From: Podarcis erhardii
Taxonomy: Eukaryota
DNA: 64,000 bases
Assembly (NCBI GenBank): GCA_964252035.1
Contig: OZ176207.1
Strand: one strand, 5' to 3'
Shown: piece by piece, positions 37,796-47,889 of the stretch
Position numbering within the stretch: position 1 is the first letter of the stretch
How the letters are laid out: the number at the start of each line of letters is the position of its first letter
Notes under the pieces: generated by a model
The model's database searches: none
What the model was told of the DNA's origin: nothing
The model's input: the letters and a program-made list of their open reading frames with translations, nothing else
Position numbers and translations under genes: made by a program

Positions 37796-38257
37796 GGCTT
37801 TACAAAAATTCAGGAAGATCTCTATAGAAAGTATGAAGACAGTCCTTTTGGCACAGAGATCTTAAGGCAAATTGATCTCTGCGCTATGCATGAAAAGAAG
37901 CAGATTTCTGGTTATTACCACTGTGCATCTTCCATCAGTGCATGCCCAACAATTCCAGAAGACCATAAGAACAAAGAGCAGCCGGGTGATGCTCCAAAAC
38001 AGAATATTCTTGGTGTCCATTTAAAAGGCAGCATGTGTGACAATACAAGAAAAAAGCCCAGAGACGATTATCTTGCTGTTCAGAGGGATTACAAAGTAGC
38101 AGGAAATCTTGATGGAGATGCATCCACAAGGGAAGAAAATGGTATGACTAAAATAGACACCGAAACGAGAGCCAAGCATCAAACTTTCTCTGCAGACAGA
38201 GAGCTCTGTTCCAAGTCAGTACCTGAATTATTGCCAGTATTAAAGGCTAAGGATTAG
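37796..38257 (+). pseudogene. AKAP7-like terminal exon (end of the 2H domain plus unrelated C-terminal tail)
   Basis: Acceptor ttttccaatgttttAG, phase 0. Encodes GFTKIQEDLYRKYEDSPFGTEILRQIDLCAMHEKKQISGYYHCASS, then an open tail to TAG at 38255. Confidence 0.85.
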
Positions 38258-38670
38258 GAACAAGGGGGGGGGGGCACCACACAAAGATGACAGATGATGA
38301 CTTATGAAAAGTTGTGGCAAGCGAAAATGTTCCTCAGCCACAAGCCATTAATGCATCAAGGTACAAAGAGTTCCTCAACCAGAAGCAGATGCAAAATGCC
38401 ACTGCTGATGTCAATCAATGGAAAAACATTGTGGGCTGTGCAGAATTGCAGCTGGGAAAAACCACAAAGGTTAGGAGAAAACAGGAAAGGATGTTCAGAG
38501 AGTAAACCAGGGTGGGAAACATGTGATTCTCCTGATACTGGTGCTCAAGTCCAGCTCACATAATCTCTGGTGGTTTGGCCATTCCAGATGGCACTGATGG
38601 GAGTTCACCACTGCTGGTCTAAACACATGAGTAATATGCACATGATATTTAGTGCTTATCCACTTGGGGG

Positions 38671-38676
38671 AATAAA
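38671..38676 (+). terminator. Candidate polyadenylation signal of the AKAP7-like gene
   Basis: First AATAAA after the terminal exon and its decayed tail. Confidence 0.35.
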
Positions 38677-38976
38677 CATTTGAAAACTCGTCATCTTTTG
38701 TTTATAGCAATTTGCTAAAGCACCATTGTTCCTTGACTTTATTTTGAGGTTGAATTAATGGGCATTTGCTTTAAACCCCCCCCCCCAAAAAAAAACATTC
38801 ACTGTTGGGACGATCTGGTTTTTAGACTGAAGAAGGATATTCTTTATGTAAAAGTGTCAGTATGGTATTAAAGCAGGGTTATAAAGGCTAAGTCTAAAAC
38901 AGGAGTAGCAAGTTGATAATACTAGACATTAGGTATGAGCTTTACTGAAGCAGCCTTTAGAAAGGAAAACTATGGT

Positions 38977-39845
38977 TGCTTTCTTACCTCTCTCGCCCTG
39001 ACCTAGCCACTGTGATCCACGCGACGGTCACCTCCAGACTGGATTATTGTAACTCGCTCTACATGGGGCTGCCCTTGAGACTGACCCAGAAACTCCAGCG
39101 GGTGCAGAATGCTGCAGCGAGACTCCTTACGGGGTCCTCACTGGGAGAACACATTCATCAGGTGCAGTGGCGTAGCGTGGGGGGTGTAGGGGGGGCTGGC
39201 TGCACTGGGCGCAACATCTGGGGTTAGGGCAAATCCATGGGTTAGGGGGCGCAAATCCACGGGTTAGGGGGCGCAAATTACTTGCCTTGCCCCGGGTGCT
39301 GACAACCCACGCTACGCCACTGATCAGGTGCTATACCAGCTGCACTGGCTCCCGGTTGAATACAGGATCAGATTTAAGGTGCTGGTTTTAACCTTTAAAG
39401 CCCTATACGGCCTACGATCCTCTTACCTACGGGACTGCCTCTCCTGGTATGTCCCACAGAGGAATTTATGATCTGCAAACAAAAACATCTTTGAGGTCCC
39501 AGGCCACAGAGAGGTTAGGCTGGCCTCAACCAGAGCCAGGACTTTTTCGGCTGTGGCTCCGATCTGGTGGAACGCTCTGCCACAAGAGATTAGGGCCCTG
39601 TGGGACTTGACATCTTTCCACAGGGCCTGTAAGACAGAGCTGTTCCGCCAAGCCTTTGGCCAGGGCACAGCCTGACTCCCTCCTTTGGCAATCTTCACAG
39701 AACTCTACCCAATGGTTGCCATCAATTTGATTTGAAGTAATGATTTTAAAATGTTGTCTTGTTTTATTGTTGTTAGCTGCCCTGAGCCCGGCTTCGGCTG
39801 GGGAGGGTGGGTTATAAATAAAAATTTATTATTGTTGTTGTTGTT
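38977..39845 (+). mobile_element. L2 LINE 3' fragment interrupted by a MITE
   Basis: Peptide DLATVIHATVTSRLDYCNSLYMGLPLRLTQKLQRVQNAAARLLTG matches the L2 RT C-terminus; ends in a TTA/TTG tail. Confidence 0.88.
39165..39322. mobile_element. hAT-type MITE, 158 bp
   Basis: 16-bp TIRs CAGTGGCGTAGCGTGG / CCACGCTACGCCACTG; perfect 8-bp TSD ATCAGGTG. Confidence 0.92.
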
Positions 39846-40054
39846 CATTCCTGTAACCTCTATGATCTAAAAGTGTATTCATTTCATTGTTAGTGAGATA
39901 TGCGGTATTGCTATAATTTGCAATAGCTCTGTGTCAAGTCATGATGATATGCAAGCAATTCCAGTGATGTGATTTGGCAAAATTACGGTAAGTCACAGGG
40001 GCGGGGGAGCGTTCTAACTGAAACACCTTTGCCAACTGTAGTGATATAGTTTTA

Positions 40055-40068
40055 CCAGCAGATGGCAC
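40055..40068 (+). promoter_or_regulatory. CTCF-like motif (CCAGCAGATGGCAC)
   Basis: Matches CCASYAGRKGGCRS; motif match only. Confidence 0.4.
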
Positions 40069-41760
40069 AAATTGAAAATGTCTAGCAAAACAGAGTAAAA
40101 AGAAATGAAAGAGATTTACAATTTATTTGACAGGCCAAAGGGCCTTTTACTTTAAGTCCCACCAATGCAGAAATACAGAGTACCCATTGCAAGGAATACC
40201 TTTCAATAGTAGTTTTACTTCTATCATTATGAATGGAAAACGCTGGTAGTTTGGATGTTTATTTCTAGATTTTTAGGATGGCTTTTTTAGGGCCATGTCA
40301 ATGGTCAGGAACAGGCCTACATTATAGGCCAGTGGCTTCCAGATTTTCTGTTTCAAGGAGCACTTTATCTGTTGTCTGTCACAGAACATTCGTGTTGAAC
40401 CCTTGTGTGTGGCAGAAGATTCTGGAGCATTGCCAGGGTGCGCAAGCCTCGCTTCCTGGTCATCCTCATTGCCTCATCTGAACTGAAAATCCATTATATA
40501 AAAATAGCAAGTTTGCTCCTTGGGCTATGCATTGTAGGGGAAGATGGGTAGAAAAGTGTTTCCTTTGTTACTTGAAGAATCCTACATAAACTTTTAAGGA
40601 ACCATCTATTGCTCTGGAGTACAGCTGATGAAACTCGTTGCCCTCCAACTCCCATTATTCTGGAGCTGATGAGAGATGGAGTCTGGAGGGTGACAGGTCC
40701 TCTCACCCCTGCTTCAGAATAACAGCCTGTGGTTTTAATGGAATTTTACTCCCAAATTATTGATACGGGCTACTTTTCTAGATATCAAACTCATGGAGTT
40801 AAAAATTTAAAAGATGCATTAGAAACAATAACAAACATTGTCTTCACTAAGCTTTTCAAAAACTAGGTTTATAATATGGTGTTGTCTTCTCCCAAGAATC
40901 GAGTTCCATCTGTCCAAAGATATGAGCACACAATAATGAGTTCTGCTGTGCAAGTGTGTCTGTGTGCAGCTCTCCACCAAATAGATGTTGTTGCTGTTAT
41001 ATATGGCTTTTCAGTCCAAAAACCCCTTAATGTGGCAAATAGCATATTAAAACAAAAAATAATAGAAGAGTACAATAGAAGGCGATTAATCAATCAATCA
41101 GCAGATAGAATAATATAAGACAGAAAAATCACAAGGTGGGAGAGACGAAAGGAAGTGTCTCTCCTGAGCTAGAGGATTAAATGGTGTTCTCACAATTGCT
41201 TAGGGCGAGAATCTTGAACAGACAATAAAATAAAATACGGCGGTGGGGGGGGGGGTAGAGCATCCAAAACTAGAAAAAATAGGGGTACTTTCACCACCAC
41301 CCTGTTACAGTCTGGAGCAAGGAGTACTGCACTTAACAGCCTAATAGTAATAAGAATAATAAATTAAAGTAGATGAGTCAGTCAGTCTTGACAGTGATCA
41401 GCTGCTTGCCCAGACCTTGAACCCCTTGTTCGGATTCTCCCAACTGATCATCACAAGTGGCAGCACAGGTGGTTTGCCTGTTGTTGCTATTTCACTGCAG
41501 TTCTGGGATCCCCATGGAACTCCATGTGCTAGATCATGGGCACCTGGTCTGTGCAAACCCATCCACACCCATTGATGTTGGACCTCTGCTCCCATCAGCT
41601 CCAGCTAACATGACCAATGGTCAGGGATACTGGGAGTTCCCATCCAACAACAGCTGGAAAGCCATATAGGCTACCCCAGCACCACCACTGTGCTAGATGC
41701 AGCAAGTCGCCTACAGAAAGTACACCCCCCCACACACCCCTAACTGAGATATGGGAACCC

Positions 41761-43817
41761 TTTTTATTTTTTTTTATTTTTTTTTTCAAAAAAAATTTAT
41801 TAAAGATTTTATTAGTACAATAAAAGAGAAAACAGAATAAACAGAAAACAAAACAAAAAAAGAAACGGATATAAAATTAACATATTATAATAGCCATATT
41901 TTCTTCACTTTTTGGACTTCCTCACATCTCTCGCTCCTGCGTTCCAAATTTATACAACTTTAATCAGCAACTTATCACCTTATTTCCATTCTTATTCTAT
42001 AAATTTCCAATATTTTGTCCCTAACTTTGAATATTTTTATCTAAGTCTTAAATACCTAATTTTGACATGATATTTATTCAAAATTTATTTTTCTCTTAAA
42101 ATTCACTCATTCTCATATTCTTTTCAACTAACTTGATGGTGCTATGTTATTTTCAATCTCTCATCCTTCTTAGCACTCATATAATTTACAGTGTTTTTGT
42201 AAATAGTCCTTAAATTTCTTCCAATCCTCTTCCACTGCTTCCTCTCCCAGGTCTCGGATTCTGCTGGTCATTTCTGCTAGTTCCATATAGTCCATCAGTT
42301 GCATCTGCCATTCTTCCAGCGTGGGGAAATCTTGGGTTTTCCAGTGTTTGGCGACAAGTATCCTTGCTGCTGTTGTTGCATACATAAATAATGTTCGGTC
42401 CTTCTTTAACACCCTCTGGCCAACAATGCCCAAAAGGAAGGCCTCTGGTTTCTTAGGGAAGGTATACTTAAATACCTTTTTCAGCTCATTATATATCATT
42501 TCCCAGAAAGCCTTAACCCTGGGGCAAGTCCACCAGAGGTGAAAGAACGTTCCTTCAGTTTCCTTACATTTCCAACACTTATTATCAGACAGGTGATATA
42601 TTTTTGCAAGCTTGACTGGGGTCATGTACCACCTATATATCATTTTCATAATATTTTCTTTCAAGGCATTACATGCCGTGAACTTCATACCGGTGGTCCA
42701 TAGCTTTTCCCAGTCATCAAACATAATATTATACCCAATATCCTGTGCCCATTTTATCATAGCTGATTTAACCGTTTCATCCTGTGTGTTCCACCTCAAC
42801 AGCAAGTTGTACATTCTTGAGAGTAGCTTAGTCTTAGGTTCTAACAATTCTGTTTCCAACTTCGATTTTTCCACCTGGAATCCTAGCTTTTTATCCAATT
42901 TAAAAACCTCTTTAATCTGAGCATAATGTAACCAATCTCGCACTTTATCTTTTAGTTTCTCCAAACTCTGCAGCCTCCAATTGTCTCCATCTTTTTCTAG
43001 TATTTCCCAATATTTCGGCCATTTGACCTCCATATTGGGTCTTTTCAGAGCCTTAGCTTCCATAGGTGACAACCACCTTGGGGTCTTGTTTTCTAGTAAG
43101 TCTTTATATTTTATCCAGACATTAAACACTGCTTTCCTAACAATATGGTTCTTGAAAGTCTTATGAATTTTAACCTTGTCATACCACAGATATGCATGCC
43201 ATCCGAAAGCATTGTTAAATCCTTCCAAATCTAAAACATCGGTGTTTTCAAGAAGCAGCCAATCTTTCAACCAGCAGAAAGCTGCTGATTCATAATACAA
43301 CCTTAAATCTGGCAGGGCAACCCCCCCCCCCTCTTTCTTTGGCGTCAGTTAATATTTTAAACTTAATTCTGGGCTTTTTGCCCTGCCAGACAAATTTGGA
43401 GATATCTCTTTGCCACCTCCCGAAACACTCCATTTTATCCACAATCTGTAAAGTCTGAAAGAGAAACAGCATCTTTGGCAATACATTCATCTTTATAGCA
43501 GCAATTCGGCCCAGCAAGGAAAGTTTCAATCTTGACCAACTTTCTAAATCCCTTTTAATTTCTGACCAACACTTTTCATAAATATCCTTAAATAAACTCA
43601 GATTCTTTGCTGTTATGTTTACCCCTAGGTATTTTACTTTTTTAACCACATTTAACTCTGTCTCTTTCTGGAAACTTTCTGATTCTGAAGATGTCAAGTT
43701 TTTTTTTCCAATACCTTAGTTTTTTGTTTGTTTAGTTTGAATCCCGCCACCCGACCAAACTCATGAATCAATTGTAATACCCTTTTCGTACTAGATTCTG
43801 GCTCCTGTAAGGTCAAA
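41761..43817 (-). mobile_element. 5'-truncated L1, about 2.05 kb (ORF2 post-RT region and CCHC knuckle)
   Basis: ORFs 43290-43697 and 42170-43300 (CWKCKETEGTFFHLWWTC) joined by a frameshift at a C12 run; A-rich tail; TSD GAGATATGGGAACCC(TTTTT) at 41746 and 43818; TTT/AAAAA-type target. Confidence 0.95.
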
Positions 43818-44669
43818 GAGATATGGGAACCCTTTTTAAAGCATGCGCTACCCCTGCTGGATCAGGCCAAATAACTGTGAGCTGTGATGTCACAATCTGC
43901 TTAATGTGGAGAAGGTAGACTTATGAAAGGTCCCAAAATGCAGTTCTAGGATCGGGGGGTGGGGACAGACATTTTTTTTTTTTAATTTTGAAACTTCATA
44001 TCAGACATACTTTGTTAAGTGGGTCACCTTTAGCAAAAGAGCTCAATTCCACTGCAGCTGGCTGTTGTAAATCTGTTTGGTTCGTGTGTTAGGAATCCCC
44101 ATTCTGGATTCGGTCCAGATTGTGCTGTGTGTGAGTGACTCTTTTCAGGAACTATGAGGAGGAGGAAAACACATTTGCTTTTGTATTGTTACTTTGCATG
44201 TTACTTTTGTATGCTACTTTGTATTGCATTTTAACTAGCGTTGAAAGGCAATACAAAGTAATTTTCCCAGAGAAAGTGTTTCCCCAGAAAAACAGAACAA
44301 CCATTGAGAAGCAAAATCTTTAATGACTCTTCAGCTGTTTAATTACACCTCTTATTATGAATGTGACTCGATGATGTGACCTATTAACAAGCATTTTCCC
44401 AAGCAGCCATTATTTTATTAAAGCTCATTAATTAACTTTCTATAGACAGATGGCAGTGGAGCATAGCAAATACATTCTAAACATGCACCCGTTTACAATC
44501 TTTAAGAGGATTTTCTCATGTGAAATTTGCACAATGTGTTAATTTTAAGGTCCCTATATATTTGCTATGCCTTTTTTGTTGTGTGAAACAGAAAACTTAC
44601 ATTTCACCATTCAACTTGCAGTTTGCACGGTAAAAACTCACTGTGTTAATAATAATAATAATTTATTGT

Positions 44670-45362
44670 TTTATTGCGCCCCTGCCCCACTCACCTGGCT
44701 GGCGCACCACGCCCACAGGTAAGCGCCCAAGCGGGTGGCTTGGAGGGGGCGTGGTTTGCAGTTTAACTTACTGCTGTGCCAGCCATTCCGCCTCATTTAT
44801 TTCTCATGATGGTATCCGGATAGGCGATCAGGCCTTGTTCTGGGATGATGGGGTTCATCTTTCAGATCGGGGGAACAATATTTGGTTAGGTAGCATCATC
44901 AACAGTATTAGGGATTGGTTACAGCTGTGAGGGTATTGGTGGCGAGCCTCTTGGGCTCGGGTGGCGGTTAGGCATTGAAATGTGTTGATGGTGTGTGGAA
45001 GGGCTAGGTGTGGCCATCGCCTACCCCTTCAAATTTGGGTATTCCGTTAAAGGAATCCAGCGGTTGTGGATCCTGTCTGATGCCTGTGTGGTGGGGGGCC
45101 ATGGCACGACCCTCGGTGACATCAGGGGAGAGCTTATAGTTGTATTAGCATCAACAGGCTCCACCTTCTGGTGAATAAACCCCCTTTGGGCTCACCCCTC
45201 TCCGAGTGGGTGGAGTCAATCTGTCGTGGTCCAATGCCTAAGCCAATACCTTCTCACTTGCTGTAATCAATAAAGTTGTGGCCTTTTCTTGCCCATTAAC
45301 CTTATACTCTGTGTCTGTGTGTCTTCATTCCACAAAGCGGGGATCGGGTCCTCGAAACACAA
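44670..45362 (+). mobile_element. Ngaro/DIRS-like tyrosine-recombinase retrotransposon fragment with SGNH-hydrolase C-terminus
   Basis: Peptide HDGIRIGDQALFWDDGVHLSDRGNNIWL carries the DGVH block V of SGNH esterases; terminal CAATAAAGTTGTGGCC...TGTGTCTTCATT motif; locally CpG-rich. Confidence 0.6.
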
Positions 45363-47650
45363 TTTAAAGCTCCATGTCTGAGCACCCGTTTTTTCATGCT
45401 CCTATGCTTTCACAGTGAAAACCCACTCTTTAAAGCTCAATTGGAGAGAAAAAACAATCTGCAGAAAACCCAAATTGATGTTTGCTCCAATTCAGCTTCA
45501 AAGAGTGAAAGATCAGGTCAAAACACAACAAAATAAAAAATCCACATTGCATACAGAGTGTTAATGTCCAGACCCCAGCATGGAAAGAGTAGGGCAAAAG
45601 TTAAGCATGGATAAGAACTTAGTTGACCAAATTTGTGCTGATTTTGGCTTCTGCTGGATCAGGATGAGACAACTCCAGATCACCCCAACTAAATATGAAG
45701 TGTGGTCAAGCACATGAGAAATAGCACGAAAACTATGGATGGCTGATCACTGCACTTTACCATATTGCTTTATGGAAAGGCTGTTGATGTACAAAATGGA
45801 ATAACAGAAGTAATATATGTGCCATCATCACATATACTTTATATGGTAAATTCTACAAGACTGAGAGCTTCATGTAGAAAATGTGTGACATTTTGAAGCA
45901 GAGTTGAACAAACAGATGATCAGACCCCACAGTTCTTCAGCTCAGACTTGCCAAATCTACTTCTACCTTTCTCAGTTTGTGTTTATATTGCGTAATAAAC
46001 ATAGCAAACTAGAGGGAGATATTTCTATGAATAAATGAGTTGTAAAAATGGACTTTTGCTGCCAGCTTAAATATTTCTTCACTCCATTGCTTGTGTTCTT
46101 TGCAGACTTCAGGGATTTCTAATAGTGCTTTGGAATCAAAGTCTCTTTCTGACGCATCATCCTTCAACACGCTGTTGCATTCTGGCAGGTGATTAAAATA
46201 AAAGTCAGCAATATGGAATATATCTATCATGTTGTTAGTGAAATGCTCAGAAAAGATTCTTCTTTTGCTTTAAATAGCTCCCCAGTCTCCTAACACATCT
46301 TTCTCAGCCAAAACTAACAGCATTGCTAATAAATCAGGAAATGTTCTCAGGCATATAAGTTGAATTTAATTACACAACGCCCCCACCCACACCCCCAATT
46401 CCTATTGTGAATCAAATGTGCAAGGAGCCCTGATAGAGGGCTTGTACATTACAGCTGCAAGGAGATGTGGCCTGAGACATGTGCTCTTTCATCAACATAA
46501 AATTTGAGTTGGGTCATTGAATTAGCCTTTTGAATTGCATTCACTGTAGGCCAATTTACATAATAAATTGTGTAGTGAAAGAGTCACTGCAAGGTGACTT
46601 TCTCTCTCAGTATTCACATGCTCCAGTTGCAAGGTTCCATGCTGTAATGAGAAGCTAAAAAATAACTGGATATTGTGCTGGATATGGTTGATATGCCGAG
46701 GTTGGGATTAAGAGCAGGGGAGAGCAGCCCAGCTATCTGAAGATCATGTTGGTAAGTTAGTTTAGCAAGGGGTTATTAAATGGCATATTACTGGAATAAA
46801 CTACGGCACATTTCCTCCACAACACTAAGCCATAACTTTTCATCTAGCCACTTGTGAAGAAAAATATATTGGTACCACCATAAATATTTACGCTCCCTTC
46901 CTGAACTTTGGTGCTGACTTGTTGCCCTGGCCATGCTGCTGCAGCAGTATTTGCCACATCAATGTGTTTGCACTGCCGTTCTCAGTTTTGGGTCATCAAG
47001 CTTTGATCCTTGAGCAATTTATTTCATGCCATGGCAAGTAGAACTGGAAGCGACCAGATGGCCATTACAGCCTATTGCTTCCTGCTGCGGCACAGAACCA
47101 TCTGCCCACCAGCACCCCGTAGGCCCATCAGGGCAATGTCGACATGCAGAGAGCAGGTGCATAAAAGAAAAGTCCCTCCAGAGCAAATTGCCTGTGGAAG
47201 TCTGAAAATTCAACTTTCCTAAAGATGTTGGTTCTTATTCTAATGAATATGAACTCTAATTTTGTCTCTTAAAATAAAACATCTTTTTCGTTTCAGGGAT
47301 AAAGCTGTAGCATAATCTGTCTTTAAGATATAAATGCCTCAGCCTCACTTCCTTGCTATTGTCTGTCTGTCTGTCACTATACTGAGTCATTTTGTCCTGT
47401 TTAGTGTCCAGGGACAGATAATGAATTAACATAAGGTAGAGGTTTTTGAAGAATATGAGTCACTCTCATTTGCCAGCATTTGTGACCTGTGTTATGCCTA
47501 AAATGGAGTGTAGAAGGAGGGGGGAAAGACAGTTTACTCAGAATTATCAATTTGTTTCCTCCCGAACACTAAGCTGTATCTGCAGAAGTAAGGGTTCGTT
47601 GAGGGAAGAACTGATGAGGCTAGTGGTGGGGTGGGCAAAAGAAGCCACTA

Positions 47651-47889
47651 CAGGGGTACCTCAGGTTACAAACGCTTCAGGTTACAAACACTTCGGTTAC
47701 AAACTCCGCTAACCCTGAAGTAGTACTTTGGGTTGAGAACTTTGCCCCAGAATGAGAACAGAAATGCGCGCTGGTGGTGCGGTGGGAGTGGGAGGCCCCA
47801 TTAGCGAAAGCGCTTCTCAGGTTAAGAATGGTTTCGGGTTAAGAACGGAGCTCCGGAATGAATTAAGTTCGTAACCCGAGGTACCACTG
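47651..47889. mobile_element. Tc1/mariner (Tigger-like) MITE, 239 bp
   Basis: TIRs CAGGGGTACCTCAGGTTA / TAACCCGAGGTACCACTG; TA TSD. Confidence 0.88.

Larger units (their letters stand above)
19633..38257 (+). pseudogene. AKAP7-like 2H-phosphoesterase (2',5'-PDE type) gene, disabled; five recognisable exons
   Basis: Spliced conceptual peptide: ...KKHRRDMP/YFVAIPIANDQ|ILDKIEDVEELIFTKEPDLLRAPIPDQTVHL/ITVAHLRTEYDVR|RAVSALEHSKAKVQALLQGKHFSVAFHGIGQFNNQVIYIKMSEDEQQMLSRIV|EAVANSFTRMNVGIRGSKDFRPHLTILKLSKSHTLRRM|GFTKIQEDLYRKYEDSPFGTEILRQIDLCAMHEKKQISGYYHCASSIS. It is colinear with the AKAP7 gamma/delta central domain (PNYFLSIPITNKE...FHITLLV...FKPHLTFMKLSK...FGEEILYRIDLCSM...GYYHCESSI), with compatible intron phases 0,2,1,0. 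Confidence 0.88.
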
